A stretch of DNA of 64,000 bases from Candidatus Limnocylindria bacterium (GTDB taxonomy: Bacteria; Chloroflexota; Limnocylindria; P2-11E). The stretch's first letter is position 1. Each line of letters opens with the position of its first letter. The stretch covers positions 9,659 through 73,658 of the forward strand of contig DASSPF010000133.1 in the NCBI GenBank assembly GCA_035699805.1, read 5' to 3'. Positions 17,339 through 26,092 of this stretch are shown piece after piece. Made by a program: the position numbers and the translations under genes. The notes beneath the pieces are model-generated. The model was not told where the DNA came from and did not search any database. It saw only the letters and a program-made list of their open reading frames with translations.

Positions 17339-19997
17339 GTCCCCCGTTCAAACGCTCGCGGACGGCCGATCGTGCCGCCTCGATCGCGTCGGAGAGGCGC
17401 CCGGGATCCTTGCCGCCCGCCGACGCGCTCTCGGGCCGCCCGCCACCACGTCCATCGATGATGCCCTGCACCTGCTTCACCAGCTTGTCGGCGTCCAGCC
17501 CGGGGACGAGATCCTTGGTGACCGTGATGACGAGCGTGGGCTTGTCCTCCCGAACGCCGCCGAGGATGACGACCCCAGACCCGATCTTCTCGCGCACGCG
17601 GTCCGAGAGGGCGCGCAGGAACGCGACGTCGCCGTCACCCACGTGCTGGGCCACGAGTCGGGCCTGGCCCAGGGCCTCGGCCTTCGCCAGCAGCGCGCCG
17701 GCGGTGCTCTCGATCCCGCTTCGCTGCACCGACTCGAGCTGCTGGCCGAGCCGCTCGCGCGACTCCATGAGCTGCGCCACGGCCTCGGGCACACGCGCCG
17801 CCGGCACCCGGAGCGCCGCGGCGGCGCGGCCCAGGCGCTCGCGGATCTCGCGCACCTCGCGGAGCGCGCCCACGCCGGTCACGGCCTCGATGCGGCGCAC
17901 GCCGGCGCCGATGCTCTCCTCCCTGGTGATGAGGAAGAGGCCGATGTCGCCCGTGCAGTGACAGTGCGTCCCGCCGCACAGCTCGCGGCTGGGCCCCGCC
18001 TCGACGACGCGGACCTGGTCGTCGTACTTCTCGCCGAACAGCGCCATGGCACCCGACGCGAGCGCGTCCTGGAGCGGCATGACCCGCGCATGCACGTCGG
18101 CGTTCTCGAGGATCGCGCGGTTCACCTCGTCCTCCACCCGCTGGAGCTCCTCGGCGGTGAGCCCCCGCCCGAACGTGAAGTCGAATCGGAGGTTGGGCGC
18201 GTGCACCAGCGACCCGGCCTGGTGGACGTCCTCGCCAAAGAGGCTCCGCAGCGTCGCATGCAGGAGGTGCGTCGCCGTGTGGTTGCGCATGGTGTCGCGG
18301 CGCAGCGTCTCGTCCACCACCGCCCTGGCCGGCGCACGCAGGCGGAGCACCCCATCGACGACCTTCGCGCTCATCACGATGACGCCGGGCGCGGCCGTCT
18401 GCGTGTCGGCCACGAGAGCCCGCCCCTCGTCGGTCGTGATGGTGCCGCGGTCGCCCACCTGGCCGCCACCCTCCGGATAGAAGGGGGTCCGGTCGAGGAC
18501 GAGCTCCACGTCCTGACCCTCATACGCCTGCTCCACGCGGGAACCGCCGACGACCAGCGACACGATGGCCGCGTCGCTCGCGAGCTCCTCGTATCCCCGG
18601 AACTCGCTCCTGATGCCCTCGGTCTCCTTCAGCATCGCGTAGAACTGGCCGAACTTCATCGCGTCCTGGGTGAACTTCGCGCTGGCACGGCTCCGGCTCC
18701 GCTGCGCCTCGAGCTGGTCACGGAAACGGTCCTCGTCCACGCCCAACCCGGCGCTCGCGGCGATCTCCTGCGTCATCTCCACCGGGAATCCGAACGTGTC
18801 GTAGAGGCGGAACGTCGTGTCTCCGTCGATGAAGGTCTGTCCCATCGCCTTCGCGCGATCGATGGCCTCGGTGAGCATGGCGAGGCCGTTCGCGAGCGTG
18901 CGCTCGAACTTGGCCTCCTCGTCCGCCAGGATCTCGGCGATCCGATCGCGCGCGGAGGTGAGCTCGTGGTGGTGGCGCTGCATGGTCTTCACCACCTCGG
19001 CCGCGAGGCCCGGCATGAAGCCGGTGCGCAGCCCGAGCCTCCGCCCGTGCATCGCGGCCCTGCGGATGAGCCGGCGCAGCACATAGCCGCGCCACTCGTT
19101 CGACGGCGCGATGCCGTCGGCGATGAAGAACGTCGCGGCACGCGTGTGCTCGGCCACGATGCGCATCGACATCGTCGTGTCGGTCTCGGCGCCGTACGTC
19201 TTGCCCGAGAGCGCCTCGATCTTCTTGATCAGCGGGAGGAACAGATCGGTCCGGTAGGCGTCGCCCACCACGCCCTGCAGCACCTGCGCGAGCCGCTCGA
19301 GGCCGACACCCGTGTCGATGTTCTTCTTTGCGAGCGGCTGGAGGGTCCCGTCGGCCTTGCGGTCGTACTGCTGGAAGACGAAGTTCCAGATCTCCAGATA
19401 CCTGCCACAGCTCTCCCCGGGGTCACAGCGGTGTGGCGCCACCCCCGGCTGCGGACCGCGATCGATGAACACCTCGCTGCACGGCCCGCACAGCCCGGTC
19501 GGGCCGGGAGACCAGAAGTTCGTGTCGTCGCCCTTCGCCAGGTCACCCAGACGGAAGACCTTCTCGGGCGGGAGGAGAGCGAGCTCCTTCGTCCAGATGT
19601 CGAAGGCCTCGTCGTCGTCGAAGTAGATAGTGGCGACGAGCTTCGTCGGATCGAAGCCGAACTCCTTGGTGAGCAGCTCCCAGCCCCAGGCGATGGCCTC
19701 TTTCTTCCAGTAGTCGCCGACACCGAAGTTGCCGAGCATCTCGAAGAAGGTCTGGTGATAGCCGTCCTTCCCGACCTCGTCGATGTCGGTGGAGCGGAAG
19801 ACCTTCTGGATCGTCACGATCCGCTTGCCCGGCGCCTGCTTGCGGCCGTTGAAGTAGGGCACGAGCGGCTGCATGCCCGCGCTGGTGAACAGCACGCTCG
19901 GGTCGTCCTTCAGGACCAGCGGCGCGCTGGGCAGCCGGATGTGGCCCTTCTCCTCGAAGAACCGGAAGAACCTGTCGCGGATGGTGGAACTCTCCAG
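17325..19997 (-). CDS. alaS: Alanine--tRNA ligase
   Basis: The 856 aa ORF plus a 34-codon in-frame N-terminal extension give ...ESSTIRDRFFRFFEEKGHIRLPSAPLVLKDDPSVLFTSAGMQPL, the canonical AlaS N-terminus. The extension contains no ATG, GTG or TTG. The best candidate start is the CTG at 19995-19997, 6 nt after a GGGAG Shine-Dalgarno. The coordinates assume that start. Confidence 0.85.
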   Translation of the reverse strand: MESSTIRDRFFRFFEEKGHIRLPSAPLVLKDDPSVLFTSAGMQPLVPYFNGRKQAPGKRIVTIQKVFRSTDIDEVGKDGYHQTFFEMLGNFGVGDYWKKEAIAWGWELLTKEFGFDPTKLVATIYFDDDEAFDIWTKELALLPPEKVFRLGDLAKGDDTNFWSPGPTGLCGPCSEVFIDRGPQPGVAPHRCDPGESCGRYLEIWNFVFQQYDRKADGTLQPLAKKNIDTGVGLERLAQVLQGVVGDAYRTDLFLPLIKKIEALSGKTYGAETDTTMSMRIVAEHTRAATFFIADGIAPSNEWRGYVLRRLIRRAAMHGRRLGLRTGFMPGLAAEVVKTMQRHHHELTSARDRIAEILADEEAKFERTLANGLAMLTEAIDRAKAMGQTFIDGDTTFRLYDTFGFPVEMTQEIAASAGLGVDEDRFRDQLEAQRSRSRASAKFTQDAMKFGQFYAMLKETEGIRSEFRGYEELASDAAIVSLVVGGSRVEQAYEGQDVELVLDRTPFYPEGGGQVGDRGTITTDEGRALVADTQTAAPGVIVMSAKVVDGVLRLRAPARAVVDETLRRDTMRNHTATHLLHATLRSLFGEDVHQAGSLVHAPNLRFDFTFGRGLTAEELQRVEDEVNRAILENADVHARVMPLQDALASGAMALFGEKYDDQVRVVEAGPSRELCGGTHCHCTGDIGLFLITREESIGAGVRRIEAVTGVGALREVREIRERLGRAAAALRVPAARVPEAVAQLMESRERLGQQLESVQRSGIESTAGALLAKAEALGQARLVAQHVGDGDVAFLRALSDRVREKIGSGVVILGGVREDKPTLVITVTKDLVPGLDADKLVKQVQGIIDGRGGGRPESASAGGKDPGRLSDAIEAARSAVRERLNGGRDRN

Positions 19998-20021
19998 CTC
20001 TCGCTCCCTACTCCAGTGATG

Positions 20022-20059
20022 AAAAAACGCGGGGCGACCGCACGGTCACTCCCCGCGTT
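20022..20059 (-). terminator. Rho-independent terminator (hairpin plus T6) downstream of the ytxH-like gene and immediately upstream of alaS
   Basis: On the minus strand: AACGCGGGG, a 16-nt loop with an inner stem, then CCCCGCGTTTTTTCA. Confidence 0.6.
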
Positions 20060-20088
20060 CCCCTGCTCTCTGGGGCAAGTCTAGCGAA

Positions 20089-20343
20089 TCAGACCGCGGA
20101 TCCGCCCTCGCCGCCCGAGCGCTGCGTGCTCTTCTCCCACTGGCGCTTGGCCTCGTCCGCGAGCTCGCGACCCTTGACCTGCGCCTGCTGGGAGAGCTCC
20201 TGCGCCGCGCGCTGCAGCTCGTCCGCCCTGCGCTTCAGCTCGTCGCTGCGCTGCCGCAGCTCCTCGCGCGTCACGTCGCCGGGCTTCGGCGCGTAGAGGA
20301 GCGCGATGACCGCACCGGTGAGCAGTCCGATGAAGAATCCCAT
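20089..20343 (-). CDS. YtxH-like membrane-anchored coiled-coil protein
   Basis: 84 aa. N-terminal TM (MGFFIGLLTGAVIALLY), then a charged helical region (EELRQRSDELKRRADELQRAAQEL). ATG with a GGGGAG Shine-Dalgarno. Followed by the terminator. Confidence 0.6.
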   Translation of the reverse strand: MGFFIGLLTGAVIALLYAPKPGDVTREELRQRSDELKRRADELQRAAQELSQQAQVKGRELADEAKRQWEKSTQRSGGEGGSAV

Positions 20344-20395
20344 GGCTCAAAAACTCCCCTCTGTCATCCGCTCGTGTGAGCGGTCGCCCTCGACG

Positions 20396-20653
20396 TTAGC
20401 GCTTCGCGTCGCGCTCCGCGATGCCGAGGCCCAGCGCGGCGAGTGCCGCGGCGGCGGCCGCGAAGAGCACCTGCGCGTCACCGACCATCCCCAGGCGGGA
20501 GCCGGTGAGCTCGCCGGCGGCCTGTGCGACGGCCACGGCCGCGAGCGCGAGCAGCCAGGCGCGGCCGAGCGCGCGCGGCCGACCGAGCGCTGCGCGGAAG
20601 GCGGCCGGCACACCGATCGCCACGAGCACGAGCGGGATGAGCGCGGGTGGCAT
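20396..20653 (-). CDS. Small hydrophobic protein (85 aa, 2-3 predicted TM segments)
   Basis: This is the C-terminal 85 codons of the otherwise Arg-rich 472-aa ORF. It starts at an ATG that overlaps the TGA of the upstream membrane protein (ATGA). Sequence MPPALIPLVLVAIGVPAAF...LFAAAAAALAALGLGIAE. Confidence 0.4.
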   Translation of the reverse strand: MPPALIPLVLVAIGVPAAFRAALGRPRALGRAWLLALAAVAVAQAAGELTGSRLGMVGDAQVLFAAAAAALAALGLGIAERDAKR

Positions 20654-22038
20654 CAGGCGGCCCGCTCGTCGCGCGAGATCGCCCGCAGCCTCGCCGGCAT
20701 GGCGAAGAGCGTGAGTGCCCCCGCCTCGCGCGCGCGCTGGACGGAGAGATCGCCCAGACCCAGGCGCACGAGCGCCGCGAAGGCGAAGAGCGGGACCAGG
20801 AAGAAGTACGAGAAGAGGCTGCGCCAGGCGAAGAACAGCGGGATGAACGCCAGCACGATGCCCAGCTCCGGGCTGCTGCGCCGCGCGCGCCAGGCGATCA
20901 CCAGGCACGTCACGAAGGCCAGGGCCTCGAGACCCAGGTACGCGGTCGCGGGGAGCAGCGGCAGTCCGCCGTTCGTCGAGAGGAACACCAGACCCGCGCC
21001 TCGGGCGAACATCGGCTCGACCACCGGTGTCAGGATGCCGGCCAGCCAATCCTGCGGGTGCCAGGCGGCGAACGGCAGGTTCGCCACCGCGAAGACGGCC
21101 GCGCCCGCCGCGGCGTGCCGCAGCACCGCGCGGAGCCCGCCGGTCGTGTACACCGCGATGAGGTAGAAGGGCGCCACGAACCAGGCGAGCTGCTTCACCG
21201 CCGCCGCGAGACCGAACGCGATACCCCCGGCGAGCCGGTCGCGCCACAGCCAGGCGGCGACGAGCGGCAGGGCGTACAGCAGGTCGGCGCTGCCGCCCAC
21301 GGTGAACGCGGCGAGACACGCCGAGCCCAGGAGTCCGGTCAGCACGAACGGGCGCAGCCCGGCCGTCGCGCGCGCCGTGATGAGCGCCATCGCGGCGATC
21401 AGACACGCCAGATACACGTAGTTCGTATCGACCCCGAGCGCGACGAACGGCAGGAGCAGCAGGAACGAGAGGCTCGGGTACGAGGGGCGCGAGACGAACT
21501 CCACGTTCTCGCCCCCGCTCGCGCGGCTGGCCCACGCGCGGTCGAGCTGGTCGTCGCTCGGATACACGCTCACGTCCGCGAAGAGCCCGCGTCGCAGGGG
21601 CGTCGTGCGGTCGGCCCCGATCGCGAAGCGCTCGTAGCAGTCGAAGATGTCCAGAGTCGCGTACGGGTCCCGGCCCTCGAGCAGGAGCCGGGCCGCGCAG
21701 TCGTTCAGCGCGATCGCGTCGTTGTGATACGGGGTCCAGTCGTTGCTGTGCTTGCGCGGCATGGTGAAGAACCACGCCAGCGAGACCACCGCCATGACGC
21801 ACACGAAGAGCCACACCAGCCGGTGCGCCGCGACGAGCCGCGGTGGGCTCGCCGCGTCACCGGCCCCGGTGCCCCGCAGCGCCGCGGCCATCACGACGAG
21901 CGCGGCGCCGATGGCGAGGACCACCGCGACCGTGCCCGGCCGCTCGGGCCGCTGGATGATCGTGCTGTTGAGGAGCCCGGCGTAGTAGAGGGCCGTCCCC
22001 GCCATGGCGACGGCGGCGATCCGCAGGAGCGCGCGCAT
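20653..22038 (-). CDS. Polytopic integral membrane protein, DUF2029/GT87-like (putative lipid-linked glycosyltransferase)
   Basis: 461 aa with about 10 or more hydrophobic helices, Trp/Arg-rich loops and no Arg-rich junk. The overlapping 472-aa ORF in the other frame is rejected. The start is 3 nt after the mnmA stop. Confidence 0.65.
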   Translation of the reverse strand: MRALLRIAAVAMAGTALYYAGLLNSTIIQRPERPGTVAVVLAIGAALVVMAAALRGTGAGDAASPPRLVAAHRLVWLFVCVMAVVSLAWFFTMPRKHSNDWTPYHNDAIALNDCAARLLLEGRDPYATLDIFDCYERFAIGADRTTPLRRGLFADVSVYPSDDQLDRAWASRASGGENVEFVSRPSYPSLSFLLLLPFVALGVDTNYVYLACLIAAMALITARATAGLRPFVLTGLLGSACLAAFTVGGSADLLYALPLVAAWLWRDRLAGGIAFGLAAAVKQLAWFVAPFYLIAVYTTGGLRAVLRHAAAGAAVFAVANLPFAAWHPQDWLAGILTPVVEPMFARGAGLVFLSTNGGLPLLPATAYLGLEALAFVTCLVIAWRARRSSPELGIVLAFIPLFFAWRSLFSYFFLVPLFAFAALVRLGLGDLSVQRAREAGALTLFAMPARLRAISRDERAA

Positions 22039-22040
22039 GC

Positions 22041-23111
22041 CTAGTGCGCGGGGATCCGGCTGACGACCCCGCCTCCGATGACCTCATCGCCCGAATAGAA
22101 GACCGCGGCCTGGCCCGGTGCCACCAGGGCCGGGGTATCGAGCTCGAGCGTCGCGCCGTCCGCCTGCACGCTCACCCATCCTGCGAGCGGCGTGCCGCGA
22201 TAGCGCAGGACGGCCTCCGTGCGGAAACGACCGGCCGGCGGGGCATCCGCGACGAAGCGGACGTCGCGCAGCTGGTAGGTCGTCGCGCTGATCTCCTCCC
22301 GCGTCCCCACGACCGCGGCCCGCCGGTCCGGCTCGAGGCGCAGCACGTAAAGGCGCTCGCCCGTGGCGACGCCCGTCCCGGTGCGCTGCCCGACGGTGAG
22401 CGTCCCGATCCCGCCGTGCTCGCCGATGCGCGTGCCGTCGGCGCGCTCGACCGGGCCCGGGGCGAAGGCATCGGGCGCGCGCTCGCGGACGAAGGTGCGG
22501 TAGTCGCCGCCGATGAAGCAGATGTCCATGCTGTCGGGCTTCGCCGCCGTCGGCAGACCGAATCGCGTCGCGATGGCCCGCGTCATCGACTTGTCGGGGA
22601 GCTCGCCGATCGGGAATTCGATCCGGGCCAGCTCGCGCTGGCCGAGCATGTAGAGCGCGTACGACTGGTCCTTCGCCGTGTCCTGCGCGCGCAGGAGGCG
22701 GTGCCGCGGACCGTGCTCGACCCGTGCGTAGTGGCCGGTCGCCAGGCGGTCGGCGCCGAACTTGGCGACGACGTCGCGCATGAGCGCCTCGAACTTCACG
22801 TGCTGGTTGCATGACACGCAGGGATTCGGTGTCTCGCCCCCGGCGTAGGAGTCGACGAAGCGGCCGACCACCTCGCGCCCGAACACGTCCGCGTAGTCGA
22901 GCGCGTAGAAGGGGATCCCCAGCACCCCGGCGGCGCGTCGCGCGTCCTCGCCCGCCTCGTCGGTGCCGCAGCAGCGGGGCGCGTCCGGCTGCGACCCGGC
23001 GGGCACCAGACGCATCCACACACCGACCACGTCCTCGCCCCGCTCCGCGAGGAGAGCGGCCGCAACGGACGAGTCCACCCCGCCGCTCATGGCGACGAAG
23101 ACGCGGCTCAC
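22041..23111 (-). CDS. mnmA: tRNA-specific 2-thiouridylase MnmA
   Basis: 356 aa with a PP-loop SGGVDSS and CCGTDE / CVSCNQHVKF cysteines. The start overlaps the iscS stop. Confidence 0.85.
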   Translation of the reverse strand: MSRVFVAMSGGVDSSVAAALLAERGEDVVGVWMRLVPAGSQPDAPRCCGTDEAGEDARRAAGVLGIPFYALDYADVFGREVVGRFVDSYAGGETPNPCVSCNQHVKFEALMRDVVAKFGADRLATGHYARVEHGPRHRLLRAQDTAKDQSYALYMLGQRELARIEFPIGELPDKSMTRAIATRFGLPTAAKPDSMDICFIGGDYRTFVRERAPDAFAPGPVERADGTRIGEHGGIGTLTVGQRTGTGVATGERLYVLRLEPDRRAAVVGTREEISATTYQLRDVRFVADAPPAGRFRTEAVLRYRGTPLAGWVSVQADGATLELDTPALVAPGQAAVFYSGDEVIGGGVVSRIPAH

Positions 23112-24268
23112 GCGGTCACCGCGCTCGCGCCGCGGACGCGCGCGACGATCGCGGGCAGGACGTCCAGGAGCGCGTCGATGTCCTCCCGCGTCGTGGACCG
23201 TCCGAGCGTGAGCCGCAGCGAGCCCTTCGCCGTCGCCTCATCGAGCCCCAGCGCGAGCAGCACGGCCGACGCCTGGGTGTCCCCGGACGTGCAAGCCGAG
23301 CCGCTCGATACCGCGAAACCCTCAAGATCGAGCGCCGCCACGAGGGACGGCCCGTCCGCGCCGCGGAAGCAGAACGAGGCGCTGTTCGGCAGGCGCAGCG
23401 TGCGGTGGCCGGTCAGCACGGCGTCGGGCACCCGCGCGAGCACCCCCTCGATGAGGCGCTCGCGAAGCGCCGTGAGGCGAGCCGCTTCGCTCGCGCGGCG
23501 CGCCGCCGCCAGGCGCATCGCGACGCCGAGACCGACGATGCCGGCCACGTTCTCCGTCCCGGTCCGCCGGCCCTTCTCCTGCCCGCCGCCGGTCTGCAGC
23601 GTGGCGAGCCGAGTGCCCCGCCGCACATAGAGCGCACCGACGCCCTTGGGGCCGTAGAACTTGTGCGCGTTCAGCGAGAGCAGGTCCACCGGCAGCGCGC
23701 GCACGTCAAGGTCGAGCGCGCCGACGCTCTGCACCGCGTCGCTGTGGAACGTCACGCCGCGCTCGCGGCAGAGCGCGCCGATCTCGGCGATCGGCTGGAC
23801 GGTGCCGATCTCGTTGTTGGCGTGCATGACCGAGACGATCGCGGTCCGCTCGTCGATCGCGGCGGCGACCGCCTCCGGCCGGATGAGGCCGTCGCGGTCC
23901 ACATCGAGCACGGTGAGCCGGACATGCGCGTGCTCGGCGAGGTCGTGCGCGGTGTCCAGCACGGCGTGGTGCTCGGTGGCGACCGTGACCAGACCGTCGC
24001 GCTCGGCGCGTCGCGCCTTCAGCACGCCGCGGAGCGCGAGGTTGTCCGACTCGGTGCCGCCGCTGGTGAAGACGATCTCGCCCGGCGACGCACCGATGGC
24101 GGCCGCTACCTGGTCGCGCGCCTCGTCCACCAGGGCGCGCGCGGCGCGGCCCTCGGCGTGGATGCTCGAGGCATTGCCGTGGACGTCGCGGTACACGCGC
24201 GCCATCGCCTCGGCGACCTCGGGGTCGACAGGTGTGGTCGCGGCGTGGTCCAGATAGACGCGTCGCAT
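23108..24268 (-). CDS. iscS: Cysteine desulfurase (IscS/NifS family)
   Basis: 386 aa (LDHAATTPVDPEV, SGGTESDNLA, PLP-lysine SLNAHKFYGPKGVGALY, SSGSACTS). The classic iscS-mnmA pair. Confidence 0.85.
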   Translation of the reverse strand: MRRVYLDHAATTPVDPEVAEAMARVYRDVHGNASSIHAEGRAARALVDEARDQVAAAIGASPGEIVFTSGGTESDNLALRGVLKARRAERDGLVTVATEHHAVLDTAHDLAEHAHVRLTVLDVDRDGLIRPEAVAAAIDERTAIVSVMHANNEIGTVQPIAEIGALCRERGVTFHSDAVQSVGALDLDVRALPVDLLSLNAHKFYGPKGVGALYVRRGTRLATLQTGGGQEKGRRTGTENVAGIVGLGVAMRLAAARRASEAARLTALRERLIEGVLARVPDAVLTGHRTLRLPNSASFCFRGADGPSLVAALDLEGFAVSSGSACTSGDTQASAVLLALGLDEATAKGSLRLTLGRSTTREDIDALLDVLPAIVARVRGASAVTA

Positions 24269-24308
24269 GCCCCTAAAGTCTAGGTGCGATGCTGCCCCTG
24301 CTCGGACG

Positions 24309-26084
24309 CTAACCCTTGTCCGGCGGCGGGATCACGCGCAGGCCGAGCTCGGCCAGGAGCGCGTCGTCGGCGGGCGCCGGCGCTTCGAGCAGCGGGTCGT
24401 AGCCGGTCTGGGTCTTCGGGAACGCCTGCACCTCGCGGATGTTCTCCGTGCCCGCAAGCGTCATGACGAGGCGGTCGATCCCCGGCGCGATGCCGCCGTG
24501 CGGCGGCGCGCCGTACTCGAGCGCGTCAAGGAGCGCACCGAAGCGCCGCTGCGCCTCCTCCTTCGAGATGCCCATCTGCCGGAACACGCGCTCCTGCACC
24601 GAACGCTGGTGGATGCGCACGCTCCCGCCACCGAGCTCGCGCCCGTCGACGACGAGGTCGTACTGCTTGCTGCGCGCCTTCTCCGGCTCGGTGTCGAGCA
24701 GCTCCACGTCGTGCGGCGTGAGCGGGCCGCAGAACGGGTTGTGCGCGAAGGTCCACCCGCCCTCCGGCGTGCGCTGCACGAGCGGGAACTCGTGCACCCA
24801 CAGCGCGTAGTGGGCACTGGTGTCGGCGAGGCCGAGCGCCGCGCCGAGGTGCTCGCGCACCGCGCCCAGGGACTCGCTCGCGACGTGATAGGCGTCCGCG
24901 ACGGCGAGCACGAGGTCGCCATCCTTCGCCGCGGCCGACCGGCGCAACGCATCGAGCTCGCCCGGGGACAGGAACTTCGCGACCGCCGAGACGACCTCGG
25001 TCCCCTTCATCGCGAACGTCGCCAGACCCTTCGCGCCCTTGCGCTTGGCGATCGCGGTCCAGCCATCGATGTCCTTGCGGCTGGCATCGGCCTTCCCCGG
25101 GACGGTCATCAGGCGCACGGCGCCACCGGCGCCGACCGCGTCCCGGAAGGCGTTGAAGCCGCTCGCGCGGAAGACATCGCTCGCGTCGCCGAGCTCCAGG
25201 CCGAAGCGCAGGTCCGGACGATCGCTGCCGAAGCGGCGCATCGCCTCCTCGTACGTGAGCCGCGGCCAGGGCACCTGCTTGAGCGGCTTTCGCGCGAACT
25301 TGGCGAAGATCGTCGTGTAGAGCTCCTCCGCGAGCGCCATCACATCGGCAGGCTCGACGAAGCTCATCTCCACGTCCAGCTGCGAGTGCTCGAGCGTCCG
25401 GTCGGCCCGCGGGTCCTCGTCGCGGTAGCAGCGCGCGATCTGGAAGTACTTGTCGATCCCGCCCACCATGAGGATCTGCTTCAGCTGCTGCGGCGATTGC
25501 GGCAGCGCCCAGAAGGACCCCGGGTAGTAGCGGGACGGGACGACCAGGTCGCGCGCGCCGGTGGGGTCGGAGCGGATGAGGTTCGTGGTCTCGATCTCCC
25601 AGAAGCCGCGCTCGCCCATGAACGAGCGGATGAACGCCACCACCTCGTGCCGCAGCCGCATGAGCTCGCGGGAGCGCTCGCGCCGCAGGTCGACGTAGCG
25701 GTACTTCCAGCGCAGGTTCTCGTCGACCGCGGTCTCCTCGTTCACATAGAAGGGCGGCGTCTTCGACTCGTTCAGGACGGTGATCGCCGTCGCCATCACC
25801 TCGATGTCCCCGGTGGCGAGCTTGGGGTTGCGCGTGCCCTCCGGTCGCGGTCGCACGGTCCCGGCGACTTGGACCACCCACTCGTTGCGGACATCCTTCA
25901 GCGCGGCGTGCGCCGACGGATGCTCGCTCTGGTGTGTCACCACCTGCGTGATGCCGTAACGGTCGCGAAGGTCGATGAACGTGACCGGACCATGGTCACG
26001 GCGGGTGTGCACCCACCCGGCGAGCGTGACGGTGGAACCGGCGTCGGCGGCCCGCAGGTCGCCGCAGGTCTTCGTGCGCAGCAT
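24309..26084 (-). CDS. aspS: Aspartate--tRNA ligase
   Basis: 591 aa. OB-fold N-terminus (VTLAGWVHTRRDHGPVTFIDLRDRYG), class II motifs (FQIARCYRDED) and GGGSVRIH. Confidence 0.9.
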   Translation of the reverse strand: MLRTKTCGDLRAADAGSTVTLAGWVHTRRDHGPVTFIDLRDRYGITQVVTHQSEHPSAHAALKDVRNEWVVQVAGTVRPRPEGTRNPKLATGDIEVMATAITVLNESKTPPFYVNEETAVDENLRWKYRYVDLRRERSRELMRLRHEVVAFIRSFMGERGFWEIETTNLIRSDPTGARDLVVPSRYYPGSFWALPQSPQQLKQILMVGGIDKYFQIARCYRDEDPRADRTLEHSQLDVEMSFVEPADVMALAEELYTTIFAKFARKPLKQVPWPRLTYEEAMRRFGSDRPDLRFGLELGDASDVFRASGFNAFRDAVGAGGAVRLMTVPGKADASRKDIDGWTAIAKRKGAKGLATFAMKGTEVVSAVAKFLSPGELDALRRSAAAKDGDLVLAVADAYHVASESLGAVREHLGAALGLADTSAHYALWVHEFPLVQRTPEGGWTFAHNPFCGPLTPHDVELLDTEPEKARSKQYDLVVDGRELGGGSVRIHQRSVQERVFRQMGISKEEAQRRFGALLDALEYGAPPHGGIAPGIDRLVMTLAGTENIREVQAFPKTQTGYDPLLEAPAPADDALLAELGLRVIPPPDKG

Positions 26085-26092
26085 CTCGCCCC

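Noticed and set aside
16365-20084. 1239-aa plus-strand ORF antisense to alaS, and similar long antisense ORFs (10918-13107, 14577-16331, 20647-22044, 24267-26096, 41824-43428)
   Set aside because: These are antisense to strongly supported housekeeping genes and have Arg/Ala/Pro-dominated composition with no motifs. Long stop-free antisense frames are expected at about 70% GC.
20396-21814. 472-aa ORF (MALRVRHGGG..., Arg/Gly/Pro-rich) overlapping the DUF2029-like membrane protein in another frame
   Set aside because: Low-complexity Arg-rich translation, typical of an off-frame read through high-GC coding DNA. Only its last 85 codons, after an ATG coupled to the upstream stop, look like a real small membrane protein.
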